A stretch of DNA of 62,540 nucleotides, the filler included, from Choristocarpus tenellus KU-1152 (lineage: Eukaryota > Protista > Phaeophyceae): assembly GCA_964200185.2 (NCBI GenBank). It is 12 parts of 12 records of this genome, joined end to end, with 100 filler letters (N's around TTAATTAATTAA, not from the genome) between each part and the next. Parts side by side here need not be neighbours in the genome. Positions count along the whole stretch, not along the records: positions 1 to 8,244 come from CAXNAD020004943.1; positions 8,345 to 13,990 come from CAXNAD020010147.1; 10 more parts are not named here. One strand, written 5' to 3'. The notes under the pieces are model-generated. The model had not been told where the DNA came from and did not search any database. It saw only the letters and a program-made list of their open reading frames with translations. Shown one piece after another: positions 1 to 10,973 of the stretch. How positions within the stretch are numbered: the first letter of the stretch is position 1; every line of letters begins with the position of its first letter. Position numbers and translations under genes: made by a program.

Positions 1-149
1 GTGCTCACTCCGCTAATAAACATATCCATACCACACAAAGCAAATACTCTACTTGAGTAGCTCTCTTTTGCATAGAGCTGACAGTCGTTAATCTGTGAAT
101 TGGAGCTACCTATCCTGCGGAGGTAAGTTTCTGGAGCGTGCCTGTAACA
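1..149 (+). mobile_element. 3' part of a 5' LTR of a Ty3/Gypsy-type retrotransposon (diverged LTR family D)
   Basis: Ends ...GTGCCTGTAACA like the LTRs at 15982, 39015 and 61189, shares GAGCTGAC...TAATCTGTGAATTGGA with them, and is directly followed by a PBS. Confidence 0.8.
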
Positions 150-163
150 TGGAGGTCCTACCG
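150..163 (+). promoter_or_regulatory. Primer-binding site, complementary to the tRNA-Gln 3' end
   Basis: TGGAGGTCCTACCG abuts the LTR terminal CA; its reverse complement CGGTAGGACCT-CCA resembles eukaryotic tRNA-Gln acceptor ends. Confidence 0.75.
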
Positions 164-524
164 CCTCTCTTCAAACTAGAGAGAGTACTTGGCATTCACC
201 TCAGCATTTAGGATTCTTGGTAGCTCCCTACAATAGCCTGGATTTTTCTGTCTCTCCTGTTTGGTTTTGTGGTCTCCATGCATGGTTTTGGGGGCGCTTT
301 CACCGTCTACGAGATTTCCTTTTGCTGAGCCTGGTCGTCTCCATGGGTGGTCTTGGAACATTGGCTCCACCTCCTAACTTGGTGGCATCTGTGGCTCCAA
401 GGGAAACATCATACACCTGTATTCGTAAACGAGTGGTTTCTGATCGCCATGACATAGACGCCGCCTAGGTAGTTATTTTTTGCCATTCGTACACTCACAT
501 TCCCGATCTGTTTTTTGTGTGTCA

Positions 525-703
525 GGATCAAAGTATCTTGGGGGGGGGGGTGGTTTGTGAGGGGGAGTCCGTTTCGGCCAAACACCTTTTTTTTTGCTGA
601 CATTTCAAATCCGACACGTGCGACCAAATCATACCAAAAAAGTGACAATCGAAAAAAGGGTGAAAAACGGACGCCGATACACCCCCCTCAGATACTTTGA
701 CCC
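525..703 (-). mobile_element. MITE family C, full copy
   Basis: GGATCAAAGTATCT...AGATACTTTGACCC TIRs; reverse-orientation homolog of 51316-51497; TCA on both flanks. Confidence 0.85.
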
Positions 704-1377
704 TCACGCTGTTCTATTACTTCACAGGTTCCGCTGGAAATCAGTGATTTGGAGAGTTTCCAACCCAGGGTCAGACTTTTCGAGAATTCCTACAGCAGTC
801 GTGACGGCGCAACGCACATACGCATCGCGTCCACACATCAATAACTTGACCCTTTTCCACATCGAACTCCTCGAAAACTCTTGTTCGACTTTCTTAGGGC
901 ACACAGCGGTCCGTTCAAATACTTTGGCTGCAATCGACTTCCCACGCCTCACAGGGAAGCTCTTACAGGACCCTCGAGACAACGTAACAGCAACCGAGTA
1001 TGTCCATATTTTGGTGAGAGAATGCACCCTTTCGGGTGGCCAACCGAAAATCGCGGTAAAGGTTGCAATAAGGTATTCTTTTAAAGAGAGAGAAAGATGT
1101 GACGCGGAAGGCTGTGGCAATAGCCTAGTTTTGCACTATCGAGCGTACACCGTGGACTCGCGGATACCTCATTTATATGAAGTTTTTTTAGGGGGGGGAT
1201 GCATAGGCGAAGATCATCTCATTGATTTGTACCAACTCCCCAACGTCCAAACCAAATTGAAGCCTACAAAACAAATAGGATATTTATCTTAGAAAGAAAT
1301 TGATGTCAAACTTGCCCACTAGCAATTTCCTAGAGTAATCCTTTGGGGAGTGAACCATCGAATAAATGTAGAACGGA

Positions 1378-1960
1378 TTATTGATGATCCCATGAGAGAA
1401 TGATCCGATTGAAGCGACCAATACTCATTTTCCCAGCCAATCAAAATGCTCCAAAAAGTTGTATTGGTTAAGGAAAAGACTCAACACTCCTTTGGGTTGA
1501 TGATACGTGTTTGCTATGTTTACTAGCATGTCATACCCTTCCGCTGCCTCAGTCGAAACCCCGATCGTCAGGCAGAAACTGGGACTATATCACCACAATA
1601 GGACGTCCATACACGAAGAGGTATCACGTCAAGCTTCACTGTTATACAGAGAGGTTGTCAACCGTGTACTGGCAGCCCTTGCACCGATGCTTCAACCTGT
1701 GTTAACCCAGAACTCCTAGCCAGCTGTCTGTACTGCCTTAAATACTGAACCTTTCTCTGTTTGCGGCAAACACGGTACCTCGTTCGCTCAAATACAAAAA
1801 GTGCATCTAAACCTGTTCGACCAGTCACATCCGTTCCCCAGTCGGTGCTTTGATCCCCACCTCCTATAGCCACAGACAGGGCGAACGATAGAAGTCGGCA
1901 TGATTTGGGCAAAGGCCTACCTCCATCTTCTACCTCCACAGGGCGAAGTCGACATATGGC
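1378..1960 (+). repeat. Dispersed repeat family F (decayed coding-like TE internal segment)
   Basis: Homologous to the reverse complement of about 59300-59900; both translate to ETPIVRQxLGL...EVVNxVLAxLAPMLQPVLxQNS. Confidence 0.75.
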
Positions 1961-2494
1961 TAAAGGCACACCGACTTTGCTTTCATCATGCCTGTAGTCA
2001 AGACTGTTTCACGTCTGTAACTGACGAGTGCAGGTATACGTAAGGCGACTCGTTAGTTCCCAGAGGAATCCTCTCATACCTTTTCGGGAACCCACCGAGG
2101 ACCTCCTGGTACTCAATCTACTGCAGTGTCGCGTACGATGGTATCCTTAATATATACACGTCTCCAGTACGTAGCAGCGATGCAAGACTCGAAACTCACT
2201 CCACCATCCGCGAGAAGCCCAGCCGTTTCGGACGCTGAGAGTCGTCTTGAAGTTGCGCCATGGAGTCTGAAGCCCCAGCGATCAATGTCATTCCAACTAA
2301 TAGACATAAAACTTTCATTCCCACCTCGATAATATTCGCCATGACACCGACCATGCCCTGATATGTCACCCATGCAGAGTCTACTCGAGAATGCCTGTCC
2401 AGGTACTCCTTGACAAAGGTGCAGAAGGGGAAATACATCTCATCTATTTTTGAACAACATTTTCGAAGACAACACTATAAGCATACTGCCATTT

Positions 2495-2639
2495 AGATAA
2501 ATTCAACCCTCCCAACCACCTCCATTGTCTCCATGGGTACCTTTTGTCAGGATTCCAACACTCAGATAGATAAATTCAACCCTCCCAACCACCTCCATTG
2601 TCTCCATGGGTACCTTTTGTCAGGATTCCAACACTCAGA
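2495..2639. repeat. Direct tandem duplication of about 73 bp
   Basis: AGATAAATTCAACCCTCCC...CCAACACTCAGA occurs twice back to back. Confidence 0.85.
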
Positions 2640-2699
2640 CCAAGCATTAACAATGCACCCTTGTCAGACCTTAGCAAATAGTGCTGTACACAGGGAAGT

Positions 2700-2892
2700 T
2701 CTAAGATGGATAGATAGTTGTTAGACTAGATAACAAAACTAAAGTAATGAACAGCTGTACCTTACTAAAATTGGATATTTATCGTGCCTTCTGGAACCTT
2801 CACAATCCTGACACAAGACCATGCCCAACTAATGTTCCTAACCAAGAACAAATCTTCCCCCAGAGGATGTGCTACGTCTCTTCCTTCTAGGA
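2700..2892 (+). pseudogene. Decayed Gypsy integrase C-terminal fragment (chromo-to-Tudor linker)
   Basis: Translates to LDIYRAFWNLHNPDTRPCPT...EDVLRLF, matching LDVFHALWDLYNPDTSPRPT...EDALRLFP at 37390-37510. Confidence 0.7.
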
Positions 2893-3454
2893 TCCTTAAA
2901 ATGTCAATAACATAAAAAAAATCAATACATAGATACTGAAATAGAAAGTAACCTATATAGCTCTGTGGCGTCGTGGTTCACTCAGACAAGGGTGGTGAAG
3001 AGAATCACCGACAAAGGAGGACCAGACAGACAAAGATGAACCGTAACCGAGAGGATGAGGTTAAGGTTGGACAAGTTCAAGAATGCAAGGACTTGCAGAA
3101 AATTGTGGAATAATGAGAATCAAATGAGAGGAGGATCATTAGAATGTCAGGACGTGAGAACAAAGTGATCTTTGATGTTTGAAAACTCTGAATGAAGAGG
3201 GGTCCCTTATGTGTAGGACTGGTCTCTTGAAGAGGTTCCATGGACTCATTGGAACAGAATATCCTCCATTGGAATCCGGGATTCGTGAAAATAAACTTCA
3301 ACCGGTATGACGGTATATTGCATACGGCAATTGTGGTATGGTAACGGACAAACTATTATGCTGTACATTTTGCAGATGTGTCAAAGGAAAAGCCAATTCA
3401 ATATTGAAGATCCAAATACGCTTGAAGTGCTGAGACTATTAATGCATGATGCTT

Positions 3455-3676
3455 CCCTAGGTCCTCACCTTGGGGTGCAGGACTAAGCTAGGTTAGAGGG
3501 ACAGAAGGGCAGCGATGTAGCATAGCTGGTTGTAAAATGGTAAATAGATTAATGCCTTTCATATTTACGACAACCGCTACTTTTTTAGGGGTTGTTCTGA
3601 CATTTGAATGATTTTCATTGTCTTTTCCCCTGACACGTCTCCAATATGTCAGAGGGCAACATAATATATATTAATA
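3455..3676 (+). repeat. Family E repeat (TIR-less, hairpins at both ends)
   Basis: 5' CCTAG..CC-TTGG-GG..CTAAGCTAGG stem and 3' CCCTGACA...TGTCAGAGGG stem plus AT-rich tail; homologs at 5109, 32119, 32325, 32860 and 58790; reverse partial at about 3355-3410. Confidence 0.8.
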
Positions 3677-3689
3677 CATGACTGTGGAA

Positions 3690-4043
3690 TCATCCAGCTG
3701 TGAAGTCTGACAGAATTTTCTCCTTGGCATCCTTCTTAAGGGGTGTAAGTGGTGTTAGTTCCTCAGACTCACACCTTTCCTCCAGGACTGCAAGTGGGTT
3801 GGTAGATGGGAGTGCCATACTGTGGGGGGACCTGTCCCTAGGTTGAACCCCCACCATCCCGTCTCGCTCAAACGAGCCTCCTAGGACGCCATCAACCAAA
3901 TTGGTTGGTGGAATATCGATATTTCCCCCAGATGTCCGGCTTGGGCTTGGTTCTGGCTGGCTTGGGACTTCAGTTTTGCTTTTACCCTCATCATTCTTGT
4001 CTTTTTTCTTGTCCTTGGTTACTTCTTTGCTTGGTAGATCCAT
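3690..4043 (-). CDS. Possible exon or decayed ORF, low-complexity K/D/S/P-rich
   Basis: 117-aa ORF with protein-like composition; no recognisable domain. Confidence 0.25.
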   Translation of the reverse strand: MDLPSKEVTKDKKKDKNDEGKSKTEVPSQPEPSPSRTSGGNIDIPPTNLVDGVLGGSFERDGMVGVQPRDRSPHSMALPSTNPLAVLEERCESEELTPLTPLKKDAKEKILSDFTAG

Positions 4044-5108
4044 CCCTTAGACTGTCAGTGTGATTACCACTGTCACGAGGCAGGATCCAATCAGTCATAG
4101 GTAAATCGATTGTACAAGATACAAAATACAAGTAGAGTGAACCGTGAATAAAGAGTGATGGCCTTGACGCGGTTGACCCTAGGGAAAAATATATATATTA
4201 CCTTGGTGGCAATAAAAATAATGTTACAACAAGGAAGAGTCCATGCCCGTTGCTACCTCAACATCACTATGATCACCATCGATTGTAGAAATAAGTTCAA
4301 CATGACTGAGTCCATGGTCACAACTATTGAACCTGGTCGGAAACCCAGGCCTGCCCTGTACAACCAATTTCGAACATGGCTGAGTCCTTGCCACCAACCA
4401 TTTCAACCTTACTGGGCTTCGCCTTCTTGTGCTTTCCTGTCCTGGACAAGCATTGCCTCCAACCTTGTTGCCGGTACGTTTCCCCTAATCTAATCCCATG
4501 GGACACAGGATGCGTAACTTGTTGGCGACAAAAACACTGTTTCCAGTTGGAGGGGATGAAGTAACTGAATCAACGATGGGCTCATCATCATCACTGTGTC
4601 CTAGTCATGCTTCTCCCCCTCAAGGGTGTGACAATTACTCGTCTCCATCCAGATCCACAGTCCCACAAATTCCACGAAACTAGTGTCCACACCTACATTT
4701 ACGCCCAGCGAAGTGTGGTGGTCCTGATTTGACGACAGGAAGAAGTCAGCAGCCTTTCACTGCACTCGGCATGGTCGAAGTATACAGGATGTACACAAGA
4801 AGGGCACTGTTTGGGTGTCTGTATAACCATGAACCACATTCTCACACTTTTTAGACATCCCTCTCCAAGATACTGCTTACAACTATAATATATTTACAAC
4901 AGTTGTACAAAATTGAGAGGAAAAATTGGACCAAACCAAAATGTCATGACTTAATGCCTTACGTGCCTTATTTAATGATGCCTTAAAATGATATTCTATT
5001 ATAGTAGAACAAATACACAAATGGCTCTCTCAACACATGTCATGCCTTTCAAGCTGGAGACACCAGGAAGATGGGCAAGGAGGAACCTGTCAGATTCTTG
5101 GAGTGCTT

Positions 5109-5358
5109 CCCTAGCTCCTCGCCTTGTGGTGTAGGGCTAAGCTAGGTTGGAGGCATAACAGCAGTGTACACACCACATTGTAATTACAAGTTTTTATGAA
5201 AGTGGTGTAGTATAGCTGGTGTTCAAATAGTAAATAGATTTTGGAAAGATTTCTTTGACATTTACAACAACTGCTACTTTTACAGGACTTATGATATTGA
5301 ATTGATTTTTTCTGTGACATATCTATAAAATCTCAGAGGGCATAATAATATATTAACT
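5109..5358 (+). repeat. Family E repeat
   Basis: CCTAGCTCCTCGCCTTGTGGTGTAGGGCTAAGCTAGG 5' hairpin; ends ...TCTCAGAGGGCATAATAATATATTAA. Confidence 0.8.
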
Positions 5359-8219
5359 GATCTGCACGAGGTAGGTATCACCCTCAACATCTACAAGACC
5401 TTTGCTGCACCTCCCCGAGGCCAATAGTCGACGCCCTCGAAACTAGAACTTCTGACCACAGGGAAAATCGACCTGGTCCCAGACCCAAATGTTTTTGTTA
5501 CACCAGAGGCTCCAGCTTGAACAGATGAATTAATCCAAGTCCACATGGCTGAGTTGATCGAGACCTCAGGGTCACAAGTGCTGCCCGCATACCTGAGAGT
5601 GATGGAGGACAAACAAGTTGCTGGCTCCTCAACTCCTGGTCCCTCTCTTCCCGCTTAGGTTATTTGGTAAGGATCACTCCCCCCCACCTGACACCCTCCA
5701 CCATGGAACAAGCACACAGCACCTCACTGTGGACGTTAGAGAAGATAATGGAGGTAGCAGACTCAGCTGGAGGCACTGACTTATTCGAAGGGGTGTGTGA
5801 AAATGGATCTCTTCGTCTGGAAACATATCAACAAGTACAGGCACAGATGCCCACAAAGTTTGGGATAATAATGAAAAAAGTGTATGTTAGTGAAAAAATA
5901 ACAGAGTTCAACATCGAAAGAGAACTCACTGAGGTGGGATAGAACATCTTGACAATATATAGGTGATATATCATAAATACAGTGATTTAATCATCCCGAT
6001 GTGAAAGATTTAGTTTTCTGAGTCGATTATTGGTTAAAGAACAGCCCAGTCACGCACGACAAAGAGGATTCCCTCCTTCCATTCATTTTCACAATGTGGT
6101 ACATTTCTGATCAGTCTGTCCGCGGGCTGATGGTAGGAATTTCTACAATGGTTGATATTCTCTCCTTTCCAGACTTTGTCCATCAACTAAAAACACAGAA
6201 GTGATGTTGTAACAAGTCGGATAGAAGGTTGACCTCAGGCGGGAGTACGGGGACTCACGGTACGCGTTCTCTCATGAACGCCATGCATCCCGCTCACACT
6301 TCAAGATACTGGAAGTCTTACCGTGAGAGCAAGGTGTGCTCTTCCTCTGGGCACTCTGTCAGGGATTCCCTATTATGAATTAGTTTTACGTGAAGACACA
6401 CTAGGCAAATTCTGCGGGTCTTACATAGCATGGACTTGGATAAGAATCGAGGTTTCAATGATACTGCAAAAGAAAGGATACTGCAATGAAAGAAAGATCT
6501 GGCCAAGTGGTGGGGACATTTGTATATGTTGGATTGAGCGACTCACTTCAGGTCCAGCTCTTTCTCACGTGATAGAGCACTACTGTGTGTGGAACTCGTG
6601 TGGAACTCTTGACGCAGGAATACCCCGACAACAACACGGCTCAGACTGGTGACGATTTGTTCCACTCAGATGAACTGCAGGAATATATTGTCATCTCTTA
6701 CGAGTGATCAAATGCATTCCTCATTGCCCTCTCTTGATATCAATTTGATTCCCCTCTCCCTCGATGACACGACCCTTCGACAAATGATATTCCTTGGTTT
6801 GTCATTTATGGTCAATTCCCTCTTCTCTCCATGACTCTCTGTTCCAGTCCTATCGGCTCACTGTTGACATATTCGAAGCGCAGCTGGCCTTCAACGCTGC
6901 TAACGTAAATGGAGATGCACCCCACTTCTGGGACACGTACTGCACTGTGTGAGTCCATATTTGGGTCTTATTAAGTTTGTTGAGTGTTTACAGTAGTTTT
7001 TGTGTGCAATGCTAGTAACTTTAGCCTTCTCCTATGTGAACGTTTGTGCCTTAAGTAGAACGTTCCTCTGTAAATTTGTCATCACCACACTACTGGAGGC
7101 TTACGTGTCTTAAGAACTTCGGGTCCGTATTAGAAAGTCACACGCTGTGACGGCACTACCCGATGTTTGCTCGTGTCAACTTAGAATGCTATCCTTATCC
7201 ATATTGACAGGGGTCAAGGGAGGATTTCGACAGGTAAAGTATGTTCTGCTTTGGACCACCTCTTCGACTGGGTGTGGGATTCCTCAGACAAATGTGGTCC
7301 TAATAACAGTTATAATAATGGCAACTGATATTTCCAATGATAGTGAAGCTTTGAACCCGGATTTAAACGCTGGAGAGTGTTATTCATTCACCCGCACGCA
7401 CTTACGCCCTGTCTCAACGACCGCCGCTGTGTTGGGCACAAAATAGTATGCAACAGTAGCTTACTATAGTCAAGCCAAGGCACAGTTACTGGACGCGATT
7501 GCCAAGCCGATAACTTTCTAGTATGACAGTGTCGTCGTGCTGTGGTATCACCCAACTGTGCTCCCACCTTTTCCTCACTCTCTGCTAACCCCACCTTCTA
7601 TTTGCTGCTTGTTAAGTCCTTACCTACTGATTCGTTAAAATTTGCCCACGCACACATCATGCAGAAGTGTAAAGCCTAGTATATCTCTATGCATGTTCCT
7701 ATATTTCCTGCTTCAGGTGCTTGCAGAAGGATCCCGAAACTAAGCACAAAACAAAACTTGCAAAAAATACGCCCCATCCCGTGTGGAATGAGGTGAGCCT
7801 TAACGTAATTTAAGGTTTGGACCTGAGAAAGCGTTTTGCCATATCATGGGTCTACCCCCTTTCCCCTCACCCTCCCCAAAGTTAACCAACAAGCTCCTTA
7901 ACTACTATCCATTGCATACTTCCAATCCCCAAATACGTTTTTTGGGCCTACTTAGCTCTGTGTGTGTGTGTGTTGCATCAGCTGCGGGGGAGAGTGATTG
8001 CTTGCGTTGCTCATGTGACCTGTCTACATATACTGAAAAACACTGTGGCCTGATTAGAAATTGCCCTTTCAAGGACGAGCCTCACCTCTTTTGTCTCTTC
8101 TGTCGTAGTTTTGCCTCTGATATTTTGTTCTGGCCTAGTTATGTCTGCTGATGCTACTCTAAAGCAAGCAACACATTGCTTAGTAACAGAAAATCTCATG
8201 TTTTGTGAGGCTCATACCA

Positions 8220-8244
8220 GGGTCAACGTATCTGGAGGGGGGGG
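8220..8244. mobile_element. MITE terminus (family A or C) at contig end
   Basis: GGGTCAACGTATCTGG + poly-G running into the linker. Confidence 0.6.
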
Positions 8245-8344
8245 NNNNNNNNNNNNNNNNNNNNNNNNNNNNNNNNNNNNNNNNNNNNTTAATTAATTAA
8301 NNNNNNNNNNNNNNNNNNNNNNNNNNNNNNNNNNNNNNNNNNNN
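8245..8344. other. Artificial contig linker (N44-TTAATTAATTAA-N44)
   Basis: Six-frame-stop spacer; identical linkers at 13991, 16836, 25142, 32019, 36578, 43801, 46626, 51054, 54799 and 58472. Confidence 0.98.
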
Positions 8345-8401
8345 CATGAAAAAATTGACCCCAAATGGACAGCCGCCACCCCCTCCCAGATACTTTGAGT
8401 C
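8345..8401 (-). mobile_element. MITE family A, partial (contig start)
   Basis: AAAAATTGACCCCAAATGGACAGCCGCC...AGATACTTTGAGTC. Confidence 0.85.
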
Positions 8402-9710
8402 TTTGTGGAGAAGATACTGTCTCTACTCCCTGTGAAAAGGGAGACCCTCAGGTCTATTTTGCCCATCACTTGTTGCCCAGAATGTCTTCTCCCTCCCTGG
8501 GTTTACACCGCGTGCCTCTTTTGCTCACATTTCTGTTGCAGTTTCCTGTTCGATTTCTTGCATAGGAATGCCTCGCTTCAGAACAGCAGCAAGGGGCTTA
8601 CACTCGGACCAGCCAGATCCAGCCAAAAGCTGTCAGGTGCCAGGGATAGAGTTGGTGGCAACTTTGAACCGACCAGGAGGCCTAATACCTCTGGTGGTAA
8701 GCACCACGTTCGGGTGGGCAGGCCAGCAGACCGAGACATGGGCTTTACCAAGGGGGGCTTCACGTACTTCGTGGTGGGGTATTGAGTGGGTGCTTTAAAT
8801 GCTTAAAAAACATGCATTTCAATCGATTCCAGTACTAGTCTGAACACTATCCAAAGCCATAAAGCATGCTACTATAGTGTTACTTGATTGGAAGTCTACT
8901 TGTTTACTACTACCTGCGGTTTGATACTCTGAATTGCAGCTCATCCTTATTGTTTTTTTTGCGCAGTGTGTTCCATGTCATGCAGTGCCGGGGCAATATT
9001 TGAATGCTCCCCAGGAGTAACTGGAGTATATTGCTTCGATAATCAAACTTTGTGACTTTCCTCCCTTTCTCCAACCCCTTGTGGCAGAAAACCGCTGCTT
9101 TCTGTAATCTTCTTATCTCGGCCCTACCCTCCTCTCCATTTTTTTCCACTACTCGAATATGCCAAAATCTACCTCCCTCACCCCCCCGCCATCATGTCCA
9201 CAAAAACATGATACTCAATAACACAAAAACAGAGTCCCCAGGAGACCCGCAGAGATAAGGTAGGGGAGTCACTGGCAGTTCACCTGGCGCGAGAAACTGA
9301 GGAGCATGGTCTGAAGTGGAACCTTTTGAAGCAGGTTCTCAAGGCAAGACTACAATTAGCCATAGGGCTGGAGAGGAACCAAGCGGGGGTATTAAGAGAA
9401 GTGTGAAGGTTGCTACAGAGACGTTGGCGCTCTGTAATGTACTCTCTGTTTCGTGGTGAGCCTAAGGTATTTTCATCCGTTACCCGTAACTTCTCAATGT
9501 CAAGATAAAAGACGCGATTAACGTAGAAAATTATTCCTTTTATTTTTATTGACCCAAAGTTAATTGAGAGGTAGGTAGGCCGGTTTGGGTCGCTATTGCA
9601 TTGCAAGCTATCTTTCTTACCCTGCGCAATACACCCTATTTCAATTGCTTCATGTGCACAGTAGTGTACGCAAAATTGATGTTCCTCCTTTTTCCGCCCA
9701 AGGTGACACA

Positions 9711-9968
9711 GAGTCAGAGTATCTTTGAGGGTAAAGCTGCGTCCATTTGGGGGCCAAAATCCAATGTTGCAATTTTGATGTAATTTTGGCTATCATGTTT
9801 CTTAGGGGATGTCAACATCCTTGTTCCGGACACACCCTTTCATAATGTATACGCTTTGCCTACTCTGAAACTTTTGGAGTAGGTAAAATGTCATTAAAAA
9901 CCTGTGGGAAGCCAAGCCCCAAATGAACAAACCGGGAAAAACTCGTACCCTCTAAGATACTTTCACTC
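9711..9968 (+). mobile_element. MITE family B, full copy
   Basis: GAGTCAGAGTATCTT..GAGGGTA ... TACCCTCTAAGATACTTTCACTC; flanks CACA/CACC. Confidence 0.9.
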
Positions 9969-10143
9969 CACCACAATTCAGCAAAGGCTCTACCTGCAAT
10001 TGTGCAAAATGAACGGCATCTTTTTTACCATTTCTTAGGATCCTTAGAATGTAACCTTGTGTACCTCTCAACTACTTTGGCTCATTAGGGAGTACAAGAT
10101 TGAGGGGATGAGAGGGACACTCCTAAGCAAATGCATCCTAATG

Positions 10144-10332
10144 GGCTCAAAGTATCTGGGGGTGGGTGGGTGGCGGCTGTCCATTTTGGGGCCAATTTTT
10201 TCCATGTCGCGATTTTTTGGGTGATTTGGTTGCATACGTTAGATAGATAATGTAAGTGCACCTTTCATGGTTATGGGCCAAATGGACACCCTTGTGTAGA
10301 CCCCTCCCTCCCCTCCCCAGATACTTTGGGTC
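10144..10332 (+). mobile_element. MITE family A, full copy
   Basis: GGCTCAAAGTATCTGGG...CCCAGATACTTTGGGTC; flanks AATG/ATTG. Confidence 0.9.
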
Positions 10333-10973
10333 ATTGGTTCAATTTGACATAGATAACTCTAGAATCTTAGTACTCTATTGGCATGAAGACATTTCACTGT
10401 GTACCAAGTATCCCTCATGGACCTCAGTCTTGGCATGTGCTGTGATACAGGGCTTGAACATCCTGTCTGTTCTTGTTTATATTCAAACTATTACGCCTTT
10501 AACATATGCCCTATGTAAGAGTTGTTTGATTGTTGAGTGCAATACAAACAAGTAGCAGCATTAATAGTGTCTGAGTCCTTTGGGTTCAGCAAGAGTCAAC
10601 CCAACAGATGTATAAGCCATTGCCCATAGACGGGAAAAACAATGCCCACATTCTCACTGCAAGAAAATATTACCACAAGAATATGAAACAATTTGGAGCT
10701 GAACAGTTCTAAGTTATTGACAATTGGAAAACACCACTAAAGGCTCTGTGATTAATTTTTGCAAGGGGCAAGGTATGGTACACATATCGCCATTGTGTGT
10801 TGTTTGTGGTGAAGTTCACCATCACGGCAGCAATTAGTCCATGCCATCTATAGGCGAATAGTAAACATCCTGCAGAATCGGCCGGAAATCCATCCAAACC
10901 AAGTAAGAAGAATAAATGTGCCTACTAGCACTGCTGCTCTCCCAATACCACCTTGTTGCCTGGGGTGGTTCAG

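Noticed and set aside
594-1292. 232-aa ORF
   Set aside because: Starts inside a MITE, has no recognisable domain, and has a competing antisense ORF
2495-2639. Perfect 73-bp duplication as a repeat array
   Set aside because: Only two units and no spacer; a recent duplication or an assembly artefact
8289-8300. Recurring TTAATTAATTAA palindrome within N runs
   Set aside because: Artificial six-frame-stop contig linker, identical at 11 places
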